Source: Eledone cirrhosa (Eukaryota). From it: a stretch of DNA of 64,000 bases. The position numbers and the translations under genes are program-made. The notes below the pieces were generated by a model. It was not told the DNA's origin. It ran no database searches and saw only the letters and a program-made list of their open reading frames with translations. Location of the stretch: assembly GCA_964016885.1 (NCBI GenBank), contig OZ024743.1, positions 25,978,001 to 26,042,000 on the forward strand, given 5' to 3'. Below, in pieces: positions 1-12,729 of the stretch; position 1 is the stretch's first letter, and each line of letters starts with the position of its first letter.

Positions 1-96
1 TAGTCGTAGTAGTAGACAGGGTGCATGAGATTCCAGCATGATCTAGATTCAAAGTGGTCATGCTAGAACCAATATAAGAGCTAAAAACGAACATCA

Positions 97-690
97 CAAC
101 TGGAGCCAGCAGGCCTCGACCTCGGAGACGGCAAGCGCCCCGACAGAATTACCTACCCTCTTCCCCTACGATGAACGTAGATCCCTTATCTGGGACGCCA
201 CATGTTGAGAAACGTTCTCCACCTCAAACTTAGTCGCTTCGGCCACAAACCCCTGTACCGTGGCCCACCATGCAGAGGATTGTCCGGCCGCTTCCTCTTT
301 GCACCGGTCGCCGTCGAGACGTCAGGCGTACTTAGAGCCCGTACTGCTGAGTTCCTCCGCAAGTTCGGAACATCAACAACCCGTCTGAGGAAGGAGCCCC
401 GTGAGGTGGGGTGGTTGTTGCAGTAGATGTTGCTGGCCATCGTTCGTGGAAATGCTTTGGCGGTCTTGTCCGCGTGACGCAGCCCCAACATCGCCGTGCC
501 CTAGGCCTAGAGACCATCACACTCCCCCTTCCCCTTCCTCTTTTCCTGTGACCCCAGAGCCCTTGCTCTTCCCTTTATTTTCCGTTTTTAAATACCAGTG
601 GTGTTGTTATTTGAAATAGATTTGTTTATGATTTTGTTTTATTCTTATTAATAAAAAGTTCTTTAAACCAAAAAAGAACCAAAAGAAAAG
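97..690 (+). mobile_element. Degenerate 3' end of a CRE-like (restriction-like endonuclease) non-LTR retrotransposon
   Basis: Across frameshifts it reads EPAGLDLGDGKRPD...SLIWDATC...FAPVAVETSG...WLLQ*MLLAIVRGNALAVL (RPD/WD/AVET/RGN motifs). AATAAA and an A-rich tail follow near 649-690. Confidence 0.8.
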
Positions 691-934
691 TAAGGAAGTA
701 GAATATATGAGTTAAGAGAAGAGGTACGCCGTTCCTGCTAATACTTTGCTCCTTTTGGTACTTGAATGGTTTTTAAGTCATTCTCAGGTTAATGTGAAGA
801 GATAACTGAAAGATATAAGGTGTCTTGTTTAAAGAACAAACGTAGCAATGAAGACTGCTAAAATGTAAAGAAGGAAATGAAAGTGTCTCATAAGTTCATT
901 GTTTTCATTACCTTTTATAGTTCTATGTAGGATG

Positions 935-1145
935 GAATGGCAGACTCGGTAGAACCTCTTGAAAATTATTTAGGGTACTTCTATCGTCTCTTTAAATTCT
1001 TATTTCAAATTCCACCCAAGTCAACTTTGGCTTTCATCCGTCTGGAGTCAATAAAATTAAGTGCCAGTCAAGTACTGTGATCGATATAAACGACTTTTCT
1101 CATCCCTTAAATTATTGACCTAGTGTCTAAATCATAAATCATTAT
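935..1145 (+). mobile_element. Old, diverged tRNA-derived SINE copy
   Basis: TGGCAGACTCGGTAG A-box, TTCAAATTCC B-box remnant, and a CTTTCATCC...GTCAATAAAATTAAGTGCCAGT core. Confidence 0.75.
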
Positions 1146-2680
1146 CTTTTATAATGCTATCATCTTTTGCATGCCTTCTCAGAACGTAAAGGGCCGTAAA
1201 TCTATGCCGCGAAGCATGGTGTTTGACGCTCTACCGATTCTACAAATTCATCGACTATATTATCAATTTTTGCTTCATAGCTTCATTGCGTGCCCGCTGT
1301 AGTATTTCGGGGAATATTTCATTTATTCTAACGTTAGGGTGACGCTTTGGTTGCCTGAATCAAGCAGTATGTCATTGGTACACATTATACTAAATACCTA
1401 CAGAGATAAAAGAGGAACCCAACAGCAGTGGAATTTGAACTCAGAACATAAAAAGGTGTTAGTAAATTGTTTATTCCAATCCACCGTCCTTTCTCCAGCT
1501 CAACAATAACATAAACCTACAGTAATTTGTTTGATTGAAATCCATTCAACAAACACTATCCTTAAAACCAATCACAAAAAATATAATTATAATCTGTATG
1601 TATGAACCTGTAACTCCTGCTTGAAAGAATGAAAGGCAGAGATAACATTGGTGGGATTTGAACTCAGAGTGACCAAAGCCGAAATAGATAACGTGAAGCT
1701 TTCTAGTCGACTTCTAAACTCCTAATAACCTCTAACATACCATGGTGTTTCTACGAGGTCATTTGACCTAGAATGAGCAGTTAGATTATCATAATTCACT
1801 TTACTGTCTCTAAAGACAAGAAAATAGAACACATCAGGGTCGACATGGAACTGGATAACAACAATAACAGCAATGACTATTATTATTGCTGAGGTTGTTT
1901 AGTCCTCGATCATAATCAAAGGATTTTAACTGTGGCCATCCAGTCTTATTTTTATATATCTGGGATGACATTGTCTATTTTTTCCTTTTTTTTCTTTCAA
2001 GACAATAGAGTATAATTTGGCAGATATTTGGTGGCTATTTCTAGGCAAGACAACAGATTATGTAGACTTTTATGTTCGTACTTTGCTTTCACTATATTCC
2101 TCTGGATATTAATTCATGTTTGTTGGTAAGTTGCTTTTTTGACGTTTTGCTATAATATAAAGAAGTGATTTACTATTAAAATGACTTGTAAATTAACATA
2201 TAGTCGCTTTCCCTGCGTCTGTGTTTGCACAGGTGTATAAGCTGTATTATTGTATGAACGCTACCACAAAGAAAGAGAAGGAAAAAGAAATTAAATGAAT
2301 TTATATCTGGTTCTTAATCCCTTCAAATCTAGACTAGTTGACAAAGTCCTAAATTTCGTTCTAAATCAAATTAATTAAAATGCTCACGATCAAGTTGATT
2401 TTTTATTTTATTTTATTTATGTTTTTTTGTGTGTCTTTTCTCGTTGCTTCAACACATAATCAATAACATGATTTAGTGTAAGAAATTCTTGAGATTAGAT
2501 TTTTTTTACTATCTTTTTTTTCAATTCCTTCTTTGACCTAAATATACCAAATTCTTCTAATCTCATCTTTGCCTCAATCATTAGAATAAAAACCTGTATA
2601 TATATATATACATATATATATATATAGCGGCGATATTACACAAATATGACCCTCCCCAAGTATAACAATATATATATATA

Positions 2681-3019
2681 CGAGGGAAATCCCAAAAGTA
2701 AGGTCTCCAAAGCGATGGGGACGCAGAGAAACTGCTCGTACGGCTGTTGGCAACACTGTTGTGATTGGTGCTTGGCAGCCGTTGAGAATGGAGCTCCCGT
2801 TGAACGCTACCGCCAAGTGCGAATTTCGCGCAGTTATTATATATGAGGGCAATCCCAAAAGTAAGGTCTCCTTCCGAGGAAAACATGCGTAAAGATCGGC
2901 GGATCACTCTGGATGCTCTCTGCATTTTGGTTCCTGAGGTTTCCCGAAGCACCATCTACAGGATTTTAACGGAAAAGTTGCAATTTCGGCAGGAGACCTT
3001 AATTTTGGGATTTCCCTCG
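2681..3019 (+). mobile_element. Internally deleted mariner-type DNA transposon with a duplicated left TIR
   Basis: TIR CGAGGGAAATCCCAAAAGTAAGGTCTCC at 2681-2708, a second copy at 2844-2871, and an inverted copy at 2992-3019, with TA flanks. Transposase HTH fragment EENMRKDRRITLDALCILVPEVSRSTIYRILTEKLQFR. Confidence 0.9.
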
Positions 3020-3081
3020 TATTCCTGATGATTTCTCCGGAATGAAACAGTTCTAGTCCTGTAGAAGCCTCTCTACATTAA

Positions 3082-3112
<31 letters not shown>

Positions 3113-3116
3113 TATA

Positions 3117-3889
3117 CAGTCAGAGTATAGCTTAAAGCTTTCTCTGTCAATGTATTAAATATTATACTCTTGATTTGGCCAGAGACGAATATTTCCAGAT
3201 ACCTTTTAAGTGTAACTTTCCGTATTTATTATTACTATGAAATATTGATTGTTATTCTGGTATCATATCTCTGTTTTTAGCCTAAGAAAATACCTATATG
3301 CGTGTATAAATAATACATGCATATATTTATTTTTTTAAAATCTAATTGAGTTCTTCACACGCAAGGTTAAAGTTATTGAAAAAATTAATTGACCCGCGTG
3401 TATATTATTTTACTTTCTTATGTTTCGCGATGACCTCCCCTTTCCGCTTGATGACAGTGTGAAATTTCTCATTCTGAGACTGCTGGAATTTCAAATTTGG
3501 CGGTCATTCTGATACGGAGAGGGACCATCGCTAACATTAGATTGGATATCGGTAAGAAAGTTTTTTTATATCGATGTTTGACGGGCATCCACTGATGATT
3601 TATAAGTGCCCACCTACATATATTCCGTAGGAATATGAGCAGGCTTCTACATAACCTGGACACATTTTTCCCAACTTGTAGAAAACTTATAATGAAACAA
3701 TTGTTTGGAAAGGGAGATATATTTTAATTATGTCTCATATAAAATAATACAACTAGCTATCCGCAAAATACATATAGTTAGCACCCCAAACGAAAAATTG
3801 GGATTATACTAAGGTATATCCTAATGTTTGTTGAGTGAGATGGAAGCCAGTCAGAGTATAGCTTAAAGCTTTCTCTGTCAATGTATTAA

Positions 3890-3893
<4 letters not shown>
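3117..3893. mobile_element. Non-coding element with 46-bp direct terminal repeats inside (TA)n, probably Penelope-like-derived
   Basis: CAGTCAGAGTATAGCTTAAAGCTTTCTCTGTCAATGTATTAAATAT occurs at 3117-3162 and 3848-3893, with (TA)n on both sides. Confidence 0.6.
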
Positions 3894-3977
<84 letters not shown>

Positions 3978-4496
3978 ATATACATATATAAACTGACAGG
4001 CTAGTTGGTGAGTTATTTCTAACGCTCCTTATTAATATTCCTCTCTCTGATTGCTAAAGAAGGCTCCAAAACTTTAACACCAGTCACACTGGAGTTCAGC
4101 AAACCCTTGCTGAGTTTCTCTCAGCCTGTCTTCAAATTATTCTACGGCAGGTGTTCTTAAATCATCCAATACTAGATAATTTTCTATAGAAGTGCTCTAA
4201 AACTAAATTTAAATTAATTAGAGCTATTGGCAATATTATCTTCGTAGGGAGAAGATAACGAAACGGAAGAATCCTGAACACTTTATGCAAACAAATATCT
4301 AAAATATCTATACGTATATTACTTCAATCCGGAATATAATGTTTTGATGTTTGGGGATAAGCTCAGCAGCCAGAAGTGAATAAGACCAAATTTTAGTACC
4401 ACATTTGTATATATAAACTACACATCCGAGTCACCACCGATCACTATAAAGCGAAAGAAATTAACGAAGGGAAGGGAACGAACACATTATATATGT

Positions 4497-4892
4497 TGTC
4501 CATAGTATCGGAGCTGTGATCTCTGAATTCCCTACTTCTCTGAATTGCTAGATCACAGCTCAGATACTATGGACACGTGGTTAGAATGTCTAGGAAAGAA
4601 TCGCTGGACAGACTTTACGGGCAAAAACCAACCGGCAGGGGGCGCAAGTGTAGACTCTGGGGAAGATGGTTAGATAACATCCATGAGCTTGGCTGGCCTC
4701 GCTTGGGGGCAGCTGGAGACGGTAGCTTCTGACAGGACCCGCTGGAAGGGATGTTTGAGGACTCTGCGCCCACAGCCGTCTCAGGAAGAAGAAGAAGAAG
4801 AAGAAGAAGAAGAAGAAGAAGAAGAAGAAGAAGAAGAAGAAGAAGAAGAAGAAGAAGAAGAAGAAGAAGAAGAAGAAGAAGAAGAAGAAGAA
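4497..4892 (+). mobile_element. 5'-truncated RTE (Expander/Rex3-like) 3' end with (GAA)n tail
   Basis: Reads RSQLRYYGHVVRM...GRWLDNIHELGW...ETVASDRTRWKGCLRTLRPQP and runs straight into (GAA)n at about 4785-4892. Confidence 0.75.
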
Positions 4893-6178
4893 GGTGTTCA
4901 ATTGGCTGTATCTGTTGAACATCGAACAAATTCCCACCGAGGTAAACTTTACCTTTCATCCTTCTGGCGTCGATTAAAATCTTTCACTCACTACCGAATT
5001 GCTGGCCTTGTGCCAACAATTTATATACGTGGCCCTAAATTCTGTTTTACTGGGTCTATTTAAAACCTGCAGAGTAGTTGAAGACTAAGATATAAATCTA
5101 GAGATTCGAAACCAACCCAGGAGTTATGTGTATATAATGGATACACATGTGCTTCACTATACACTTAGAAATGCTTATACTGTACATTAGCATTTGCACA
5201 AAGATCATTAAAGAGAAAAATTAACAAAGCTATTTTCTATTCACTGAAAATAACCGTTAATTTATTCAGCTCTTTTGACAGAAAGTACTATTGTATTTTA
5301 TTATTACACCCAAGAGCAACGTTACTGAACAATAGAATCCAACATCAAAAATCAAGACTATTCTCTCTAATGAATGATTTCTTGTTGTTGCTGCTGTTGT
5401 TGTTTCAAATTTTCTTTCCAGTCTTGGTTGTCGTCTTTTGTGCTGCTGGTTGTTGTTATAGCTGTTGTGTGGGCTACTGGTTGTTGTTATAGCTGTTGTT
5501 GGTATTGCTGTTGTTGTGGGCTACTTGTTGTTGGTGTGGGCAACTGGTTGTTGTTGTTGGTATTGCTGTTGTTATGAGCTACTGTTTGTTGTTATGAGCT
5601 ACTGGTTGTTGTTGTGGTCTACTGGTTGTTGTTGTGGGCTACTGGTTGTTGTTGTATGTTCTACTTGTTGTTGTTGGTTTTGTTTAGAAATGTTTGAGAT
5701 TTCTTTTCTCGAAACATCACAGTTCAATGGAGGGCAGTTAGTATTTCTCTCTCGCTCTCTCTCTCTCTTTCACTCTCTCTCTCTGCTGAGCTATTGGTAT
5801 ACAGAACAAAATGTCTGTTGAGAAAGTGTATCCACGTTTGATCTTATGATACATTACCGACTTGCATATTGCCCAACTTGGAGTGCTGATTTCGAGTTCC
5901 AATAAACCAATCGAGGACATTTTATAATATCTATCGATCAGGTCAGGTTCGTATATAATCTGTTTGTATTTTCGTTGTTGTGGTGGCATTTGTGGCAATT
6001 TTTTACTCGGCCGCTATTGTCAATTTGTCACACCTTTAGCGTATGTTTATTACTCTGAGCTATAATTTATCGATTTATCGATATCATCTCATTGAGTGCT
6101 TGTGCCAGCTTTTGAGGATTGTTTTCGAGAGATGTTAGTCGCAGCTGCAACTTCAATTTTACTCACTATCATTGTTAT

Positions 6179-6251
<73 letters not shown>

Positions 6252-6375
6252 GTAGGAGGTGAGTTTTATTGTAGTACAATAAAGCAATGCAGATATCGGA
6301 TAAGAAGCACTCTACAGTTTGTAGGACTGGAGTATACATAATATAAGATCAAAAGATGGTTAAAGGAGTTCCATG

Positions 6376-6446
6376 TATTTTATTATGCGCATTTCAAAAA
6401 CAAACATCATCATGCAATAATATTTGTGTTTTCATCAGATAAAACA
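6376..6446 (-). ncRNA. Type I hammerhead ribozyme motif (mirror copy)
   Basis: Reverse-complement copy of 6513-6583 in the left arm of the fold-back. Confidence 0.8.
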
Positions 6447-6512
6447 GGAGAATATGTTGATTTAAAACTGCACTATCCACAAGTGTTTTTTAGCCTTCAT
6501 ATCATGTTCTCC

Positions 6513-6583
6513 TGTTTTATCTGATGAAAACACAAATATTATTGCATGATGATGTTTGTTTTTGAAATGCGCATAATAAAATA
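6513..6583 (+). ncRNA. Type I hammerhead ribozyme motif
   Basis: TGTTTTAT-CTGATGA-(long stem II)-GAAA-TGCGCA-TA-ATAAAATA. Stem I is 8 bp, stem III is the palindrome ATGCGCAT, and the cleavage triplet is AUA. Confidence 0.8.
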
Positions 6584-6618
6584 CATGGACCTCCTTTAAC
6601 CATATTTTGATCTTATAT

Positions 6619-6680
<62 letters not shown>

Positions 6681-6929
6681 AAAGGTAAACAGAAATAACA
6701 ACACAATCGATACAGTATATAGAAGGAATATATGAATTAAAAAAGAAAGAGAGAGGCTGTGTAGTTACCAATAAATTTCATTTAGAAAACGTGAGTGAAA
6801 ATGCAAATACAAGGACAACTCCCGCTCATCAGCTGTCTTCTGTGGATCACTAAGGTTTCGAATGCATTAAAGACAGGAATTTTTCCCACAGTGCGTTAAT
6901 AGCTAAAATGGATAGCTATCCGGTATACC

Positions 6930-7079
<150 letters not shown>

Positions 7080-7214
7080 TGTGTTTGTGTGTTTGTTTGT
7101 AGCGGCGGCTGATCACTTTTATCCCGACCATAAAATATTTTACCTAATTTTCTAAGCTATTATTTATAACAACTGACTGTATTTTCTGCGTCTAAGTTTC
7201 CACCTTTTTCTATG

Positions 7215-7294
<80 letters not shown>

Positions 7295-7454
7295 ATATAT
7301 ATATATGTGTTATATATATACATATACGTGTTATATATATATACATATATATAACACGTCATCCTCGTCATCAGCAGTAGCAGCAACATCACTATCATTA
7401 ATTTCAGTTTGATAGTATCAACTGAAAAGCGCGGAGAATACTACCGACATCATA

Positions 7455-8018
7455 ATAATTGTTTCTACTTTTGGCACAAGGCCAGCAATTACCCCCAGTG
7501 CATTACTGGTACTTTATTTTATCAACCCCTTAATGATGAAAGGCAAAGCTAACATCGGCGAGATTTGAACTCAGAACGTAAAGGACCATAACTCTATGCT
7601 GCAAAGCATGGTGTCTGACGTTCTACAGATATTGTTAATCCAATGGTTCCTAATTATGGCACAATGCTAAATATTTTGGTTGTTATGGTGGGGAGTCAAC
7701 TACATCGACCCAGTATTTAACTGGTACTTTATTTTATCGACCTTGGAAGCATGAAATGCTAAGTTGACCTCGACAAGATTTGAACTCTGAACATAAAGAG
7801 CTGGAACAAATATAGTTAAGCATTTTTCTGAAACTCTAAATACTCTGCCAGTGGATTGGCAGTATCGGTAGAGGGTCGGACGCCATGCTTTGCAATATAG
7901 AGTTACGTCCCTTTGCGAGGTTAACTTTGCCTTTCATCCTTACGAGGTCGATAAAATAAAGTACCAGTAATTCACTGAAATCATTGCTGGCCTTGTGCCA
8001 ATAGTAGAAACAATTATT
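7455..8018. mobile_element. Cluster of three SINE copies (two minus, one plus)
   Basis: Repeated GGCACAAGGCCAGCAAT / CTGGTACTTTATTTTATC / GATTTGAACTC motifs. The plus copy starts GTGGATTGGCAGTATCGGTAG at about 7851. Confidence 0.85.
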
Positions 8019-8088
8019 AGAAATCTATAATCTGAACACAAAGTAAAGGAAAGGGAGTGAGAGAACACATCAAGACGGACAACTGACG

Positions 8089-8290
8089 CTGTTATCGCCT
8101 CCATCTCTCTCGCCCTCCCCATCTCTCTCACGAACACCAGGTTTGAACACGGAAGAGCCGAACTCCCCCTGTCATCGCCTCCATCTCTCTCGCCCTCCCC
8201 ATCTCTCTCACGAACACCAGGTCCGAACACGGAAGAGCCGAACTCCCACTGTCATCGCCTCCATCTCTCTCGCCCTCCCCTTCTCTCTGT
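8089..8290. repeat. 80-bp tandem repeat, about 2.5 copies
   Basis: GT(T/C)ATCGCCTCCATCTCTCTCGCCCTCCCC starts at 8091, 8171 and 8251. Confidence 0.9.
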
Positions 8291-8896
8291 ATTATGAGCA
8301 AATGGTGTCCCACGTGCTGGCCGCCCCACGGACAGAATGGAGAAGGCGTTTCCCCGGAGGATGGTAAGGGACATGCGCTATAATAGTCATTATCAATGTC
8401 ATCATCATCATCATCGATCATTATTCACACCATAGTAATCCTTACCATTTTTGTCATCATCATCAACATCATCATCCTCATCATCATTACCGTTTCCAGC
8501 ATCATAGCCACTACCAACGCCATAATAAACATTACAATTATCACCACCACCACCAACACCATCGGCAGCAGCAGCATTATCATCACCACCACCTCCTTCA
8601 CATTCACCACCACCATGGTGATGGTGTTGGTGGTGGCGGTGGTGATAATGCTGCTGCTGATGCTAGTTGGTGTGGGGGGTTTAGTGGCGAGGTCTGTAGT
8701 TTTTGGGGAGGCGAGGGTGACGGCGCCAACGACGGTTGTGGTGGTGGTGGTGGTGGTCGTGCTGGTCGTGCTGGTGTTGGTGGTGCTGGTGGTGGTGGTG
8801 GTGGTGGTGCCGATGGTGGTGGTGGTGGTGTGGGGGTTTAGTGGCGAGATCTGTAGTTTTTGGGGAGGCGCCCAAAATCCACCGCCCAAATGAATA

Positions 8897-9262
8897 TAAT
8901 TGTTTCTATATTTGGCACAAGGCCAGCAATTACCTCAGTGTATTACTGGTATTTTATTTTATCGACCCTGTAAGGATGAAAGGCAAAGTTAACCTCGGCA
9001 GGATTTGAACCCAGATCATAAAGGGAGGTAACTATGCTAGAAAGCATGGTGTCCGACCCTCTACCGATACTGCCAATCCACCGCCCCTATAAATATAATT
9101 GTTTCTACTTTAGGCACAAGGCCAGTAATTACCCAGTGCATTACTGGTACTTTATTTTATCGACCCCGTAAGGATGAAAGACAAAGTCAACCTCGGCGGG
9201 ATTTGAACTCAGATCGTAAAGGGACGTAACTATGCTGGAAAGCATGGCGTCCGACCCTCTAA
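8897..9262 (-). mobile_element. Two head-to-tail SINE copies
   Basis: Two consecutive reverse matches to the SINE at 24497-24674. Confidence 0.9.
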
Positions 9263-9597
9263 ATATAATGAAATCAAATAATGGAGCAAGCAACAGCACC
9301 GTAAGCTGCTAGGGACAGGTGGGGAGGTAAAAACAGCACCTTATGTTGTTAAGGACAGGTGGGGTGGGGTGGGTACAGGGTTTCTCTTTTCTTGCTTTTG
9401 TTTTATTTTACTTTAGTTGGGCGTGGGATGGTATGGAGGGGAGAATGGAAAAATAAGAGAGGGGGAAAGAAAGAAGAAACAGGCGGTTAAGCATATATAT
9501 ATATGTATGTGTGTGTAAACGTATATGTATATGTATATATATATATACATATATGTATATATATATGTGTGTGTGTGTGTGTATGTATATATCTATA

Positions 9598-9630
<33 letters not shown>

Positions 9631-9635
9631 ATATC

Positions 9636-9697
<62 letters not shown>

Positions 9698-9710
9698 TAT
9701 ACAATATATT

Positions 9711-9742
<32 letters not shown>

Positions 9743-9743
9743 T

Positions 9744-9827
<84 letters not shown>

Positions 9828-9885
9828 GCATATGTGTGTAGTTTTATTTATATATATATATATACGTTGTACACATACATACACA

Positions 9886-10008
<123 letters not shown>

Positions 10009-10484
10009 GTATATGTGTTTAGTTTTATTTATATATATATATATATACGTTGTACACATACATACACACTCATATATAGATATATATATATATAGATATA
10101 TATATATATATATATGTATGTATATGTGTGTAGTTTTATATATATATATGAGTGTGTATGTATGTGTACAACGTATATATAGAAGGGGGAGTGATACTGT
10201 AATAATGTATATATATATATACTGTATATATATATATATATGTGTGTGTGCCTATGTGTGTGTGTGTCTGTATGTATATATGTATGTATGCATGTATGTA
10301 TGTGTGTATGTATGTGTATGTATGTAAATATATATGTATGGAATCGATAAAATGTGCATGATGAAGAGCTTTAACTGTAAATCTCTGATAATTACCACTT
10401 CATAATAACAAATATGGCGATTATTAGCCAGGATTTCTTGAGTAAATACAATATAGAAGCGATAACACAAAAGTAAATAATAAT

Positions 10485-10903
10485 TGTTTCTACTTTTGGC
10501 ACAAGGCCAGCAATTATCCCAGTGCATTACTGGTACTTTATTTTATCGAACCCGTAAGGATGAAAGGCAAAGTTAACCTCGGCAGGATTTGAACTCAGAT
10601 CATAAAGGGAGGTAACTCTATGCTTCAAAGCATGGCGTCCGACCCTCTACCGATACTGCAAATTCACTGCAAAAGTAAATAATAATGATTTCTACTATAG
10701 GCACAAGGCCAGCAATTTGGGCGAGGGGGAAAGTCGATTAAATCGACCCCAGTACGTTACTGGTACTTTATTTTATCGACCCCGCAAGGATGAAAGGCAA
10801 AGCTAACCTCGGCGGGTTTTGAACTAAGAACGTAAAGTGCCGTATCTCTATGCCACGAAGAAGCATCGTGACCGACGCTCTACCAATACTGCCAATCCAT
10901 CGT
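10485..10903 (-). mobile_element. Short-type SINE inserted in the tail of a long-type SINE
   Basis: TSD CAAAAGTAAATAATAAT at 10468-10484 and 10670-10686. Confidence 0.9.
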
Positions 10904-10905
10904 CC

Positions 10906-11585
10906 TATAATAATAATAATGGTTTCATTTCATTTCTTGGCCACAAGGGCCAACATATAGGGGACGATACACAATACAGGGAGAGTGTGGGTTTACATAT
11001 ATAACGTGTAAAAATATAAATAAGAAGAAAAATACAACAATGAAAGATTCCCAAATAGGGAGGGGGGATAACCACCCAGGGTTGACTCAGGTACCCCACC
11101 AATCCTGAGCCACCCGACGCTTCGAGAGCACTCGGGAAGGGCACCTCTCTCCTCCTCAAATTCACCAACTTACAGGCCATCATCAGAGTAGGCTCACTCA
11201 CACGGGTCATTCTCGCCACATTCACCCACCTTTCAGCAAATGTACTGGGGGGGGGGGCTTCTCTCTCCACCCTCACCTTCCTTTCCGAAGGATTGGCCGA
11301 AGGGAAAAGTGTCTATCTTCAGTCGTTTCAGCCTGGTCCACCACACAACCTCTGTCGTTACAGCCATCAGTCAGAGGAAAATTGCCTGACCTTCCCGGCC
11401 AAAAGAAGGCGGCGGGACGATCTTCACTATGGACTTGGACGATAGCCGCATCCGTTCTACACGCGACAACAACTGTTCGACGTAACGCCACAAGTCAGCA
11501 ATGCATGGACAGTGTATGCAGGACGGTTTCGTCGCTCTGCGGGCATCTCGGGCAGGTCCATCTGACAACACTTCCGTGCCTGTAG
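10906..11585 (-). mobile_element. L1/Tx1-clade 3' fragment with (ATT)n tail
   Basis: Reads IHCPCIADLWRYVEQLLSRVERMRLSSKSIVKIVPPPSFGREGQAIFL and RVERE...FAERWVNVARMTRVSEPTL, homologous to the ORF2 C-terminus at 32809-33234. Confidence 0.85.
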
Positions 11586-11683
11586 AGTTTATTAGATGGA
11601 CCACCTCATCAACGGAACCTATCTCTTCCACAAGAAATTGAAGAAGAGCCGTTCCAATTTGGCGAGGCGCGAACGAGGGCAAA

Positions 11684-11733
<50 letters not shown>

Positions 11734-11823
11734 GTGTGCACATACGTGCATGATTTGTAAATACTTTTTCTACAGCTTTACTTTTACTAGTACGAACAGC
11801 TGCATTAGCTATGTACAGAACAC

Positions 11824-11892
<69 letters not shown>

Positions 11893-12079
11893 TTTCAGCG
11901 TTTAGGTTTGTCGTGTTTATCCAGGCAGTTTGCTCCTGGTCAATCTTATGTCTTTATTCTTCACAAAGCAAATACTTAAACATACGCTTTAGTAGCCTTT
12001 TAGTTAGCAATGTCTGATGAATGGAGGAGCATTAGATGGAGATAGGAAAGCAAGAAAGAAAGTAAGTAAGAAAGGAGGA

Positions 12080-12151
<72 letters not shown>

Positions 12152-12508
12152 ATAGGATCGAAGTCGAAAAGGATACAGAAATATAGAAACAATGAATTGA
12201 CGACGAAGAGGGGATGTAATGTATAGTGAGATTTTCCGATAAAAACAAAGAAACACTTAATTTGATTTCATTGGACTTAGAAAGAAATAACATCAGACAA
12301 AAGTGCAGTAAACAAGGCAGATAACCTTCTACTTAAAAAAGCTATACTTTATACCAGATGTATATTTTCATAGTTAAGTCTGTGCTAACATATTAAATTC
12401 AGGGATCATTAAAAGGTTGTCTTTAAATAATTATACAGTGCAGGGAAAAGTAATGTTAGACAATGACCAACATCATTTTCGTTTATTCGGCAAGTACGAG
12501 GGAGATAA

Positions 12509-12550
12509 CTCTATACATGTTTCTGTCACGCTGTGACCTAATCAGCTAAT
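12509..12550 (-). ncRNA. Degenerate hammerhead motif
   Basis: CTGATTA-g-GTCAC agc GTGAC-a-GAAA-CATG-TA with AATAAA downstream. The core has a G>T change and stem I is weak. Confidence 0.45.
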
Positions 12551-12729
12551 GGGTAGCATTCAACTTATTTGGCGAAGTATTTTTTGTTAATGTTTAATAC
12601 AGAATAGGTTATTGAAAAGTGTTATCCGCATAAAAACAGATGTTAATAAATGTCAACACTAAACAACTTAATTTTCAAACAGATTTGATTCCCTACTCTA
12701 AATGTATCGAGAAGTTTGAATAATTGGGA

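Larger units (their letters stand above)
6338..6621. repeat. Fold-back element: 119-bp inverted arms with a 46-bp spacer
   Basis: 6338-6456 is the reverse complement of 6503-6621, with 3 differences. Confidence 0.95.

Noticed and set aside
6820-6900. Minus-strand GAAA...CTGATGA pair
   Set aside because: Stems do not pair in any hammerhead topology I can build.
8396-8893. Apparent membrane or mucin-like ORFs (also 17668-18255, 30322-30660, 55753-55962)
   Set aside because: Derived from degenerate (CAT)n, (GGT)n, (GTA)n and (CAA)n tracts.
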